Source: Candidatus Obscuribacteraceae bacterium
GTDB lineage: Bacteria; Cyanobacteriota; Vampirovibrionia; Obscuribacterales; Obscuribacteraceae
Direction: 5' to 3'
DNA length: 64,000 nt
Assembly: GCA_044229845.1 (NCBI GenBank)
Contig: JBGASG010000012.1
Location: forward strand, 11,648 to 75,647
The notes under the pieces were generated by a model, which saw nothing but the letters and a program-made list of their open reading frames with translations, did not search any database and was not told the origin of the DNA. Both the position numbers and the translations under genes were made by a program. Of this stretch, positions 9,487 to 17,686 are shown one piece after another (positions within the stretch are counted from its first letter, which is position 1; each line of letters begins with the position of its first letter).

Positions 9487-10776
9487 ATGACCGCTCCTGC
9501 GATTTTGATACAAGGCGGACTGGTGCTGGATCCAGCCTCCAGCAGCGAACGCGTCGCCGACATACGAATCAGCGACCAGCAGATAGCGGCGGTCGGAGAG
9601 AAACTGGAAAAACGCGACGGAGACACGGTTATCGATGCCAAAGGCATGTGGGTTTGTCCGGGGTTCATCGACCTGCACACCCACATGCGCGACCTCGGAC
9701 AAAAAGACAAAGAAGACGTAGTCAGCGCCACGAAAGCCGCAGCCGCAGGCGGATTCACCACTATCGTCGCCATGGCCAACACTGAACCGCCCGTCGACAA
9801 CACGGCGACACTACAGGTGGTGCTATCCCGCATCGCCGCCCACGCTCAGATAGAAGTCTTGCCGGTCGCTTGTGTCACTAAGGGTCTGCAGGGTGCCGAA
9901 CTCACCAATATGGTAGACCTGGCGGATGCCGGCGCTATCGCCTTCTCCGACGACGGCATGTGCATCATGAACATGGCAGTGCTACGCCGCGCCCTGGAAT
10001 ATTCCCGCCTGGCAGAGCGCGTGATCATCAGTCATTGCGAGGACAAAGATCTCGCGCTCGGTGGCGTCATACACGAAGGCGCCACGGCTACCAGACTGGG
10101 CTTGCCGGGCATCCCAACGACGTCTGAAACCGTGGCCGTGGCCCGCGAAATCGAAATGGTTCGCCAGTTCGATGCGCCGTATCACTTCACGCACATCTCG
10201 TGCGCCGACTCCGTCAATTTGATACGTCGCGCCAAGGAAGACGGGCTTCCTATCACAGCCGACGTCACTCCACACCACCTGACGTTGAGCGTCGACGAAA
10301 TCGAACCGTATCATACGTGTTATAAGATGAAACCACCCTTGCGCACCGCCCGCGATATCGAAGCGCTGATCAAGGGTCTAAAAGATCGCACCATCGACGC
10401 CATCGCCACCGACCACGCACCGCATACCAGACTGGAGAAGGCCGGTACAATGGCTGAGGCAAATGTCGGCATTATCGGATTGGAGTCGGCACTTTCAGTG
10501 ACGCTCGAGACGCTGGTTTCTTCAAAAGCTCTCAGTCCGCTCAAGTTTGTAGAACTGCTGACCACGGCTCCAGCTGCAGTTCTAGACCTGCCACAGCCAT
10601 CGCTGAGCGAAGGCGCAGTCGCCAACGTGACCGTCATCGATCCCAACACTAAGTGGACTTACGATGCCCACGCAGGTCATAGCAAATCAACCAATACCCC
10701 GTATCAAGGTCGCCAGCTCATCGGCCGGGTGATCACCACTATCTACCGCGGCAAGCAGGTCTACAAGCCCGCCTAG
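9487..10776 (+). CDS. pyrC: dihydroorotase (multifunctional-complex type)
   Basis: Track ORF starts at 9457. ATG at 9487 lies 4 nt after the pyrB stop and is the more likely start. Motifs: PGFIDLHTHMRD (HxH metal site), FTTIVAMANT and ATDHAPH. Confidence 0.9.
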   Translation: MTAPAILIQGGLVLDPASSSERVADIRISDQQIAAVGEKLEKRDGDTVIDAKGMWVCPGFIDLHTHMRDLGQKDKEDVVSATKAAAAGGFTTIVAMANTEPPVDNTATLQVVLSRIAAHAQIEVLPVACVTKGLQGAELTNMVDLADAGAIAFSDDGMCIMNMAVLRRALEYSRLAERVIISHCEDKDLALGGVIHEGATATRLGLPGIPTTSETVAVAREIEMVRQFDAPYHFTHISCADSVNLIRRAKEDGLPITADVTPHHLTLSVDEIEPYHTCYKMKPPLRTARDIEALIKGLKDRTIDAIATDHAPHTRLEKAGTMAEANVGIIGLESALSVTLETLVSSKALSPLKFVELLTTAPAAVLDLPQPSLSEGAVANVTVIDPNTKWTYDAHAGHSKSTNTPYQGRQLIGRVITTIYRGKQVYKPA

Positions 10777-10805
10777 GTTTGCGGAAGTCTATATAAAAGC
10801 AGCCT

Positions 10806-11501
10806 TTACAGGGCGATGAATTGGGACAGGTCACGCTTGAAATCTTCTGGCGTTTTGTACCAGCTTCTTTCAAGCAACACCTTGCCGTTGCCGTCAACGT
10901 AGATAACGCGCGGAAAACGTGTAACGTTGAAGCGCTTAGCCGTGGATTCATCCGCTTCAGCATCGATGCTGCGAAAATCAGCTTTGTTTCTCAGTTGGGA
11001 TGCAACCTGCTCCCACACGGGTTTGAACTCCGTGCAGTACTTTCACCAACTAGTCCAAAATTCGTACACTTTCAACCGCCCGGCAATCTGCGGACCAGTC
11101 GCTCCACCAGGCTGACCAGCAGCTTGTTGAGCCTGCTGCCCCGGCGACTGCTGTCCCGCAGGCGCTGGGTGAGTCTTCTCTAGCTGGGCGAGAGCCTGTT
11201 GCGCCTGCAGTCCAATTGCTGAATTGCCTGCCGCTCCAGCGACCCACTGAAAGTTTTGGCGCGCCATGGTGTACTGATGCATGCTCTGATAAGTCAAACC
11301 AAGGTAGTAATAGACCTCGGGATTCGATGGCGTTTGCCGGCCCGCCTGACCGAAATAGTTGAGCGCTTCGCTATATCGTTTGGCGGCGTAAGCTTTTTTG
11401 CCTTCATCTATTGGTCCGGCAAGTACAGCTTGGGTGCCGACGATCAGAGTTAGCGAAAGCCCCATGCTTAATTTCTTCCAGTGATGCGATCGTTCAACCA
11501 T
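10806..11501 (-). CDS. periplasmic TPR-like + thioredoxin-fold protein with in-frame TGA at the CxxC position (candidate selenocysteine, UxxC); alternative reading: nonsense-disrupted pseudogene
   Basis: Track ORFs 11043..11501 and 10806..11018 share one frame. The junction reads KVYEFWTSW-TGA-KYCTEFKPVWEQVA, with the TGA at 11043..11045. ATG 11501 follows GGAGGTTCTTCGA (SD), then a signal peptide (MGLSLTLIVGTQAVLAGP) and a TPR-like segment. The downstream part completes a Trx fold (RFPRVIYVDGNGKVLL). Confidence 0.6.
11013..11037 (-). promoter_or_regulatory. candidate SECIS-like hairpin 5 nt downstream of the in-frame TGA
   Basis: On the mRNA, CUGCACGG pairs with CCGUGUGG (8 bp, two G-U pairs) around the 9-nt loop AGUUCAAAC. 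The stem starts 5 nt after the UGA. Verified base by base on the plus strand (CCACACGG GTTTGAACT CCGTGCAG). Confidence 0.4.
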
Positions 11502-11566
11502 TCGAAGAACCTCCAGGGAAGAAACGGCAGTGTATCACGCGGCGAGCTTGTATCTATATTTTACGG

Positions 11567-11920
11567 CTACAGCAACCGGGCATACCAGGCATAACGGGCC
11601 AATCCAAGACCACCGCCCACCGCAACACCGGTCCTGGCGCTCCGCAACGATGATTGCCAGAGATCTTCGTACGAGTTGATCTTGCCGTCCAGAAAGTCAT
11701 TAGTGGGGACCGCAATCATCATCGCCACGTTACCCGCAATCATGTCACCGGCCGCGAATTTTCCCGCGCGCGCGATCGGACCGCCCCCTTCGTACAAGCT
11801 AAATCCCAAGCGGGTTGCCGTGGCGCGGTTGGTGGCCTCAGCCGCTCGAACGCCGATACCCATGCTCACTCCAATCATGGCTCCTGATCGCAGATCATCG
11901 AGCACCTGCCCCGCGTTCAC
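11567..11920 (-). CDS. hypothetical Gly/Ala-rich membrane protein (possibly the C-terminal part of the upstream ORF after a frameshift)
   Basis: 117-aa ORF with a GTG start and no SD. It contains glycine-zipper-like segments (GAMIGVSMGIGV, GVAVGGGLGLA) and overlaps ORF 11895..12659 by 26 nt. Confidence 0.4.
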   Translation of the reverse strand: MNAGQVLDDLRSGAMIGVSMGIGVRAAEATNRATATRLGFSLYEGGGPIARAGKFAAGDMIAGNVAMMIAVPTNDFLDGKINSYEDLWQSSLRSARTGVAVGGGLGLARYAWYARLL

Positions 11921-12659
11921 CGGCCATACGCGAGACAGCAGCCTTGGACACTGCTCCCACGGCAGCCAGAGCCAGTAAGTTTTTGCTGCGGAACGCCATT
12001 AAAGCGACCGCCATCCCGCCCGCCACAATGTTACCGGCAGTGTCAGCTGTCGGCATCCAGGACGACAATTGGCCTGAGCCGGGCTCCACCAGCGGTGACA
12101 CAATTGGGGCAGGCGGCTCAGTCGGTGGAGCAATCGGAGCAGGCGTGGGTGTTGAGGTTGATTTGCGCTTCTCCAGGATGATCGTCGTTTCTACTTCGGT
12201 TGAACCGACAGCATACAAGACCGTCACATTCGGCTTGTTTTCTGAAGTGGTACCGTTGGTGACCGTGACGGTACGACCTACTTCTTTGGAAATCTCCGCG
12301 GCAATCTGGTCGGACGAGGCATTGTTCGCCATCCACTCCGAAACACGGCGAGCAACCAGACTGTCTAGCTTGCCGTCCCGCTGCATCTGCCTTTGTTGCG
12401 CCATCATGTCAAAGCCGGCAGAATCTGTCAGCGATGCGGTGCTCACTTTGCCGACAATGGAATAGTCGGGATGGCTGGCTAGATCAAACTCTCTGTGCAA
12501 GCCGATGCCCAGTTGCGGCGCAGTCATTGCTGAAGCGGTGGCGAACAAATTGTTTTCCAGCCTGAGATTGAACTCGACTTTCAATGCATTGCGTTCAGTC
12601 GCGATGTACAGTTCCGGCTGCGCTTCGCTGTTTAAGCCTTTCGTTGACGATCTTGGCAA
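11895..12659 (-). CDS. hypothetical protein with Thr/Pro linker and hydrophobic Gly/Ala-rich C-terminus
   Basis: 254-aa ORF whose start is uncertain (TTG 12659). TSTPTPAPIAPPTEPPAPIVSP forms a linker, followed by GNIVAGGMAVALMAF. No family recognised. Confidence 0.45.
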   Translation of the reverse strand: MPRSSTKGLNSEAQPELYIATERNALKVEFNLRLENNLFATASAMTAPQLGIGLHREFDLASHPDYSIVGKVSTASLTDSAGFDMMAQQRQMQRDGKLDSLVARRVSEWMANNASSDQIAAEISKEVGRTVTVTNGTTSENKPNVTVLYAVGSTEVETTIILEKRKSTSTPTPAPIAPPTEPPAPIVSPLVEPGSGQLSSWMPTADTAGNIVAGGMAVALMAFRSKNLLALAAVGAVSKAAVSRMAGERGAGAR

Positions 12660-13303
12660 CCTTTGCCCAGTCTCCCTTTCGTATATTGGTAGTCAGCTCA
12701 CCCATGCGACTTCTCAGTCTGCGGGCAGATTCCGGCACCGCCTCGAGAGCGGCACTCAACCGATTAACATCCATACCAATCACCGTCGCCTTTGGCATTG
12801 TCTTGCCCAAAACAAAATTCGCGATGCGAACCCAGTTTGTATTCGACCGCAGGCGGCGCACATCCCAAGCCGAACGGCTCCGGGTCACCCTCGCCGCGCC
12901 ATCTCATATCGCGGGCTACGGCTACCATCGAATCCGAGAGCATACGCAGTGAAGCGGTTTCACTGGCATCACTGTTGGGTTCAAGACCTGGTTTCGAAAT
13001 CAAGTCAAACGACATCGGCGGCACCGTCCGTAGTGAAAGGGGTGTCGAGAGCGAAGCGCGGGGCTCAGCTCAATACATGCGGGATGTGCAGCCAAGTTTG
13101 TCAAACGCGCAGTGTCAGGTCTGCACGGTTTTTACTAATGAAGACCAGGCGAGTTAAATGAAACAGCTCTCAGGCTCGGAGATGGGAATGCCACCACATG
13201 CGGTGCGCTAATAGAGACGTAGATTTGCCCGGGATGACGAACGCCTAAAGGCGGTTGGAGGTTCCTTCAACACTTTCCTGTCAAGCCGCTAAAATGAGCC
13301 ACT

Positions 13304-13726
13304 GTGTCACCCATGCAATGGCTGCGCTTCAAGTTCCGACACCAGGGCGTTATTCTCATCTCCCTGGTGTTTGCCCTCATTGTCTTCAACGTTCCGCTAC
13401 AGCATTTCATCACCCTGGCGCGCTGGCAGCATTACGCGCTGTGCCTGGTTCCAGTTTCCGCCGGATACCTCATCCAGTTAGCGATTTCCTGGCGCCGCTT
13501 GCGTTTTTGGGGTAGAACGTGCCTCACCCTCTCGGCGGCATACCTGGCAGCGTTCGCCATCGTCATTTACACTAATCCCTGGCTCGATCCTGGAAGCCAA
13601 CTGGAGACGACGTATCAAAGTTCACTCCAGCGAGCGTTCGGTCTAGGGTTTCTTGCATTCGGCTTGATTCTAACCATCGCCCTGCTGGCCTGGAACTGGG
13701 AAGAGAAGGAGAAGCGCGACACGTGA
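13304..13726 (+). CDS. hypothetical integral membrane protein (about 4 TM segments)
   Basis: 140-aa ORF starting at GTG 13304 or ATG 13313. Hydrophobic segments include VILISLVFALIVF, ALCLVPVSAGYLIQLAI, LTLSAAYLAAFAIVIY and LGFLAFGLILTIALLAW. Its stop overlaps the next gene's start (GTGA). Confidence 0.55.
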   Translation: MSPMQWLRFKFRHQGVILISLVFALIVFNVPLQHFITLARWQHYALCLVPVSAGYLIQLAISWRRLRFWGRTCLTLSAAYLAAFAIVIYTNPWLDPGSQLETTYQSSLQRAFGLGFLAFGLILTIALLAWNWEEKEKRDT

Positions 13727-14250
13727 AGCGAATAGTGCTGCTTGTGGGCATTCCCGGCTCGGGAAAGACGACCCTCTCCAAACGTCTGACGGAACGCGGA
13801 TTTATCCGATTCTGCGCCGACGATATACGGCAGGAGCTCTGGGGCGATGCCGGCGATCAGAAAGACCCAGAGACCGTTTTCAACATTTTTTTCAAGAAAC
13901 TGGAAGAGGCGCTGATTCAGGGCGCCGATGTGGTGATCGACAACACCAATATCAACACGAAACACCGTCAGCCCATTCTGCAACGAGCTATTACTGCCGG
14001 CTACGAAGACATTCAGCTATGGGTCCTGGACACGCCTCTCAATATCTGCCTGGAACGCAACCGCTCACGCGCCCGCGCCGTACCCGACGATATCGTCACC
14101 AACATGTACAACAGCGTCACCGGTGCCGGCAGACCGCGGTCTCACGAAGGCAGAATTATTATTGTCCGCCCAGGAGTGGGCGATAACGACTTCCGGTTTT
14201 TCCCGCTTAAAGCTCCAGGACCACGTCCTACGCGAACATCTCCACACTGA
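13723..14250 (+). CDS. P-loop kinase of the AAA_33 / polynucleotide-kinase-like family
   Basis: Walker A in MKRIVLLVGIPGSGKTTLSKRL. VVIDNTNINTKHRQ matches the DNTN...R motif typical of PNK-like kinase domains. The start overlaps the previous stop. Confidence 0.7.
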   Translation: MKRIVLLVGIPGSGKTTLSKRLTERGFIRFCADDIRQELWGDAGDQKDPETVFNIFFKKLEEALIQGADVVIDNTNINTKHRQPILQRAITAGYEDIQLWVLDTPLNICLERNRSRARAVPDDIVTNMYNSVTGAGRPRSHEGRIIIVRPGVGDNDFRFFPLKAPGPRPTRTSPH

Positions 14251-14614
14251 GATTGCGGTTGGAGGCTGCCGGCTGTTCGGTCTGGAAGAAGCCAGCCATG
14301 CTGTGACCTTCTTCGGTCGCCACTGCCATCGGAGCTTCTTGTACATGCTCGGCGACCGGCTCGGCTGCCGCGGTGCTGACCGGCTCGGCTGCTGCTTTGG
14401 TTTCGACTTTGGCTACTTGAGGAGCTGATTTGACGGTAGTAAGGGTTTCCATGCCGAGGATGTCGAAAGCGCCATCCCCGAGCATTGCGTCATACTCGGT
14501 TTGGTTCATCGACGCTGCTTGCTTGCCGCCGGCGTTCAGACTTGCGAACTCTTTGTGCAGGTCTGCCGCTTCATTTACGAACTTCGATCGGATGGTTTCT
14601 GCCTTCGATGACAT
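14228..14614 (-). CDS. hypothetical acidic protein
   Basis: 128-aa ORF containing the short internal repeat AAAEPVSTAAAEPVAEH. No signal peptide and no family recognised. It is convergent with, and overlaps by 23 nt, the end of 13723..14250. Confidence 0.45.
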   Translation of the reverse strand: MSSKAETIRSKFVNEAADLHKEFASLNAGGKQAASMNQTEYDAMLGDGAFDILGMETLTTVKSAPQVAKVETKAAAEPVSTAAAEPVAEHVQEAPMAVATEEGHSMAGFFQTEQPAASNRNLSVEMFA

Positions 14615-14740
14615 TGCTTATCTCGCCCTAGATAGTAATGTGCCTTTCCTGAGCTGCAGTTTAGGCAACTAGCGTGACAAAGAAATGTCAGGGTTGTGGA
14701 AGATTCGTGAAATGCCATTTTCTATAGAAGGCGGCAGGAA

Positions 14741-16534
14741 TCAGGGCTTATATTCGAGCACCAGTGAGCCGTAAGGCGGCAAAGACACCTTATCTGGATT
14801 GGCAGGGGCGGCAGCGTTCGGCCAGCTGGCCTGCAACACCGAGCTATGCCCACGCCCGTGGCGCTGTTGCGGCTTCAGTTCGACCACCTGTTCTTCGGGA
14901 CTCATATTTACGGCAATCAGCAATAGCTGGTCGGGCGCCTGGCGCAGGTAAGAAACAACCTTAGGGTTGCCCTCTACTGCTTCATAGGTACCGTCGCGCA
15001 AAGCCGACGACTTTCGTCTCAATTGAATAAGGCTCTGGTAGTACCTGTATATGGACTGTTCGTCGGCCGTCTCGGACGCCACGTTATGGGTCTTGAAGTT
15101 GTCTGCCACGGGCACCCAGGTCTTTTTAGCTGTGGAGAAACCGGCGTTAGCTTCCGCGTTCCACTGCATGGGAGTCCTTTCGCCGTCGCGACCCTTTTCC
15201 TTGGGCCAACCGATTTTGCCAATCGGATCCTGGACCTCGTCCTTACTTACGGGATCGCGATTGGTCATACCAATCTCTTCTCCGTAATAGAGAATCGGCG
15301 TGCCCCGCAACGTAAGCAGCATCGTCGCCATCAGTTTGGCAATCTGGTCGTTGTGCTTGCCGTCTCCGTATCGAACGTAAGCACGCTGCTGATCGTGATT
15401 GCTGAACAGGTAAACCGGACATCCCTGCACCGGGTTGCCGTCCACCTCTTTGATAATCTTCTGGAACTGCTGCGCATCAAGTTTGTTGACGTCGGCAAAG
15501 AAGAAGTTCATGGGCAGCTGGATTTCATCGAGTTTCTTTCCATACATGTCCCACAAACCGCTGATGTCTGCAGTGAAGGTTTCGCCTATGACGACGCGGT
15601 CGCCATCGTACTTGCCCATCACGGTGCGCAACTCGCGCAACACATCATGAATCTGCGGCAGGCGGTCATTGAATTTGTGATCCATATTGGGATCGCCGAA
15701 ATTGTTGACGCCCGGCTTCGTCGGGTTATCTGTGAGCTTCTCGTCTTCATATAGGGTGCTGATTGCATCCAGGCGGAACCCCGCTACGCCTTTGTCGAGC
15801 CAGAAGCGCGTCACGTCGTACATCGCTTCTTTGACAGCAGGATTGCGCCAGTTGAGATCGGGTTGTTCCGGATAGAAGAAGTGATAGTAGTACTGACCGG
15901 TCGTCTTATCCAGCTGCCACGCCGAATGCCCGAAAACCGACTGCCAGTTGTTCGGGGGTCCACCGTTCTTGCCGTCGCGCCATACATAGAAATCTCTTTT
16001 GGAATCCTTGGCTGAAGACTTCGAAGCCACAAACCACGGATGCTTGTCGGAGGTATGGTTCATAACCAGGTCCATGATTATGCGGATATCGCGCTTCTTC
16101 GCCTCTCTCACCAGATTGTCGAAGTCGGCGAGCGTGCCGAATTCCGGTGCGATGTTGCAGTAGTCGGAGATGTCGTATCCGAAGTCTACTTGCGGCGACG
16201 GATAGCACGGCGTGATCCAGAGCGCGTCCACTCCCAGATCCTTCAAGTAATCGAGCTTGCTGGTAATGCCGTTGATGTCGCCGACGCCATCGCCATTTGA
16301 GTCCGCAAAACTACGCGGATATATTTCATAGAACACCGCGCGCTGCCACCAGGGCTTGGCTGTTCCTGCTCCCTCTTTCGGGAGCGGTTGCGGATCCATG
16401 GACGCCTCAGCGGGCACCTCTGCTGGTGCCGCGCCTGGCAACGCAAACGCGGAGGGCATTGCCGACCATGTCGATAAAGGCAGCAAAACAGAAAGACATG
16501 CAGCCGTCTGGCTGAATCTGCGCCAAAGCCCCAT
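14741..16534 (-). CDS. secreted GH13 alpha-glucosidase / oligo-1,6-glucosidase-like enzyme
   Basis: Signal peptide MGLWRRFSQTAACLSVLLPLSTWSAMPSAFA. GH13 conserved regions are FYEIYPRSFADSNGDGVGDINGI, DLVMNHTS, GFRLDAI, IGETF and LFSNHDQ. Confidence 0.9.
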   Translation of the reverse strand: MGLWRRFSQTAACLSVLLPLSTWSAMPSAFALPGAAPAEVPAEASMDPQPLPKEGAGTAKPWWQRAVFYEIYPRSFADSNGDGVGDINGITSKLDYLKDLGVDALWITPCYPSPQVDFGYDISDYCNIAPEFGTLADFDNLVREAKKRDIRIIMDLVMNHTSDKHPWFVASKSSAKDSKRDFYVWRDGKNGGPPNNWQSVFGHSAWQLDKTTGQYYYHFFYPEQPDLNWRNPAVKEAMYDVTRFWLDKGVAGFRLDAISTLYEDEKLTDNPTKPGVNNFGDPNMDHKFNDRLPQIHDVLRELRTVMGKYDGDRVVIGETFTADISGLWDMYGKKLDEIQLPMNFFFADVNKLDAQQFQKIIKEVDGNPVQGCPVYLFSNHDQQRAYVRYGDGKHNDQIAKLMATMLLTLRGTPILYYGEEIGMTNRDPVSKDEVQDPIGKIGWPKEKGRDGERTPMQWNAEANAGFSTAKKTWVPVADNFKTHNVASETADEQSIYRYYQSLIQLRRKSSALRDGTYEAVEGNPKVVSYLRQAPDQLLLIAVNMSPEEQVVELKPQQRHGRGHSSVLQASWPNAAAPANPDKVSLPPYGSLVLEYKP

Positions 16535-16956
16535 TACATCACCCCTGCCGGAACGGACAGAAGTATATCGCCACTTGCGCAGTGCTTACGTCAATCTGGC
16601 AATCTCTTGTCCGCACCGTTCAACTGGCACCGGCCCGCAGGAAAACGTGACCGCACTGGATGCGTCACCATCAGTAGTGGCAACCTGCATCGCCAGACAA
16701 ACGTCGCATAAATCAGAGAGTCAACTTTCATGGCATTCCGCGCATCCGGGACTTAACCGGTGATTTAACAAACCTCCAACCGTTATCGAAACGCTCCTCT
16801 TGAATATAGAAAAGAGATCCAAAATCCGCACCTCCGGCATGTCGGATATGCATACCGCGCATCCATCGGATATGGAATTAATGTAACAAGAACCCCGCCA
16901 GTGGCGGTATTGGGTAAGATTGGTAGTGTCATCCCCCATGGTTCGCCCTGGGGCCC

Positions 16957-16986
16957 CCCCGGTCGCAGGATCGGGGTCTTTTTTTT
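16957..16986 (+). terminator. intrinsic terminator with no annotated upstream plus-strand gene
   Basis: CCCCGGTC-GCAG-GATCGGGG forms an 8-bp stem (one G-U) with a tetraloop, followed by TCTTTTTTTT. It lies 14 nt upstream of the NYN gene start. Confidence 0.6.
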
Positions 16987-16999
16987 GCGAGCCTTACCT

Positions 17000-17580
17000 A
17001 TGAGCGGTTCCGTATCTTTCTTTATCGATGGCTTCAGAGGAAAGTGGCTGGATTACGAGGCTCTCTGCAAGCATTACCTTTCATTTTTCGGCGCACAAGT
17101 AGCCAACCTGCACTATTTTCCGCTTATGCGACTCATTTGCACACCAAAGGAGTCCCTCAGCGCCATAGGGCGCTAGTTGATGTCCTCCTCGATAAAGGTG
17201 TCGACGTGCAGCTCGGCAATTTCAAAGAAAAGTCGAGATGGTGCCCCAACTGTTCCACCAAAACTGCAGGTCACGAGGAAAAGGAAACTGACGTCAATAT
17301 TGCAATCGCCCTAATGGAAGCTTTTTTGAAGGATGAGTGTGACACAGCGGTCATCGTAACGGGCGACACCGATCTGGTCACTGCTGTCCGCAGCGCAAAG
17401 CGGATTTTCAATTCAAAACGAGTCGGAATACTCTTTCCTTATGGCAGGCAGAACAACAGCTTCAAGGGAGTAGCCGACATCTCGGTCAGAATCAATCCGG
17501 CTCGTTACGAGCAGTATCAGCTACCCGATCCCTATGTCTGTAAGAATGGCTCAGCGATCAACAAGCCCACAACCTGGTAG
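17000..17580 (+). pseudogene. NYN/LabA-like (DUF88) domain gene interrupted by a 1-nt frameshift in a T run
   Basis: Frame 1 reads MSGSVSFFIDGFRGKWLDYEALCKHYLSFFGAQVANLHYF. Frame 2 continues from 17119 as SAYATHLHTKGVPQRHRALVDVLLDKGVDVQLGNF...EKETDVNIAIALMEAF...VIVTGDTDLVTAV. The shift is at T4 (17116..17119); one extra T would restore a continuous NYN-domain ORF. Confidence 0.75.
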
Positions 17581-17686
17581 TTGGCTCCCTTCGACTTCTA
17601 TGAATTTTTGCACTATGCTGGTCACCAGCTACGCCTATGCCACCGCGATCTCAATAGCCTAATTTCAAGCTCACTTCCTACTGAAT

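Noticed and set aside
12505-13161. 218-aa plus-strand ORF and other plus-strand ORFs in 12.5-13.2 kb
   Set aside because: The composition is not protein-like (Arg/Ser/Cys/His-rich) and there is no SD. The region is better explained by the chain of minus-strand ORFs or by decayed sequence.
16890-16956. ZTP (pfl)-like or other known riboswitch upstream of the orphan terminator
   Set aside because: Only a loose resemblance (TTCGCCCTGGGG versus the CCGCCUGGGC 3' element). The 5' sub-domain consensus is not present. I could not fit any riboswitch consensus I remember.
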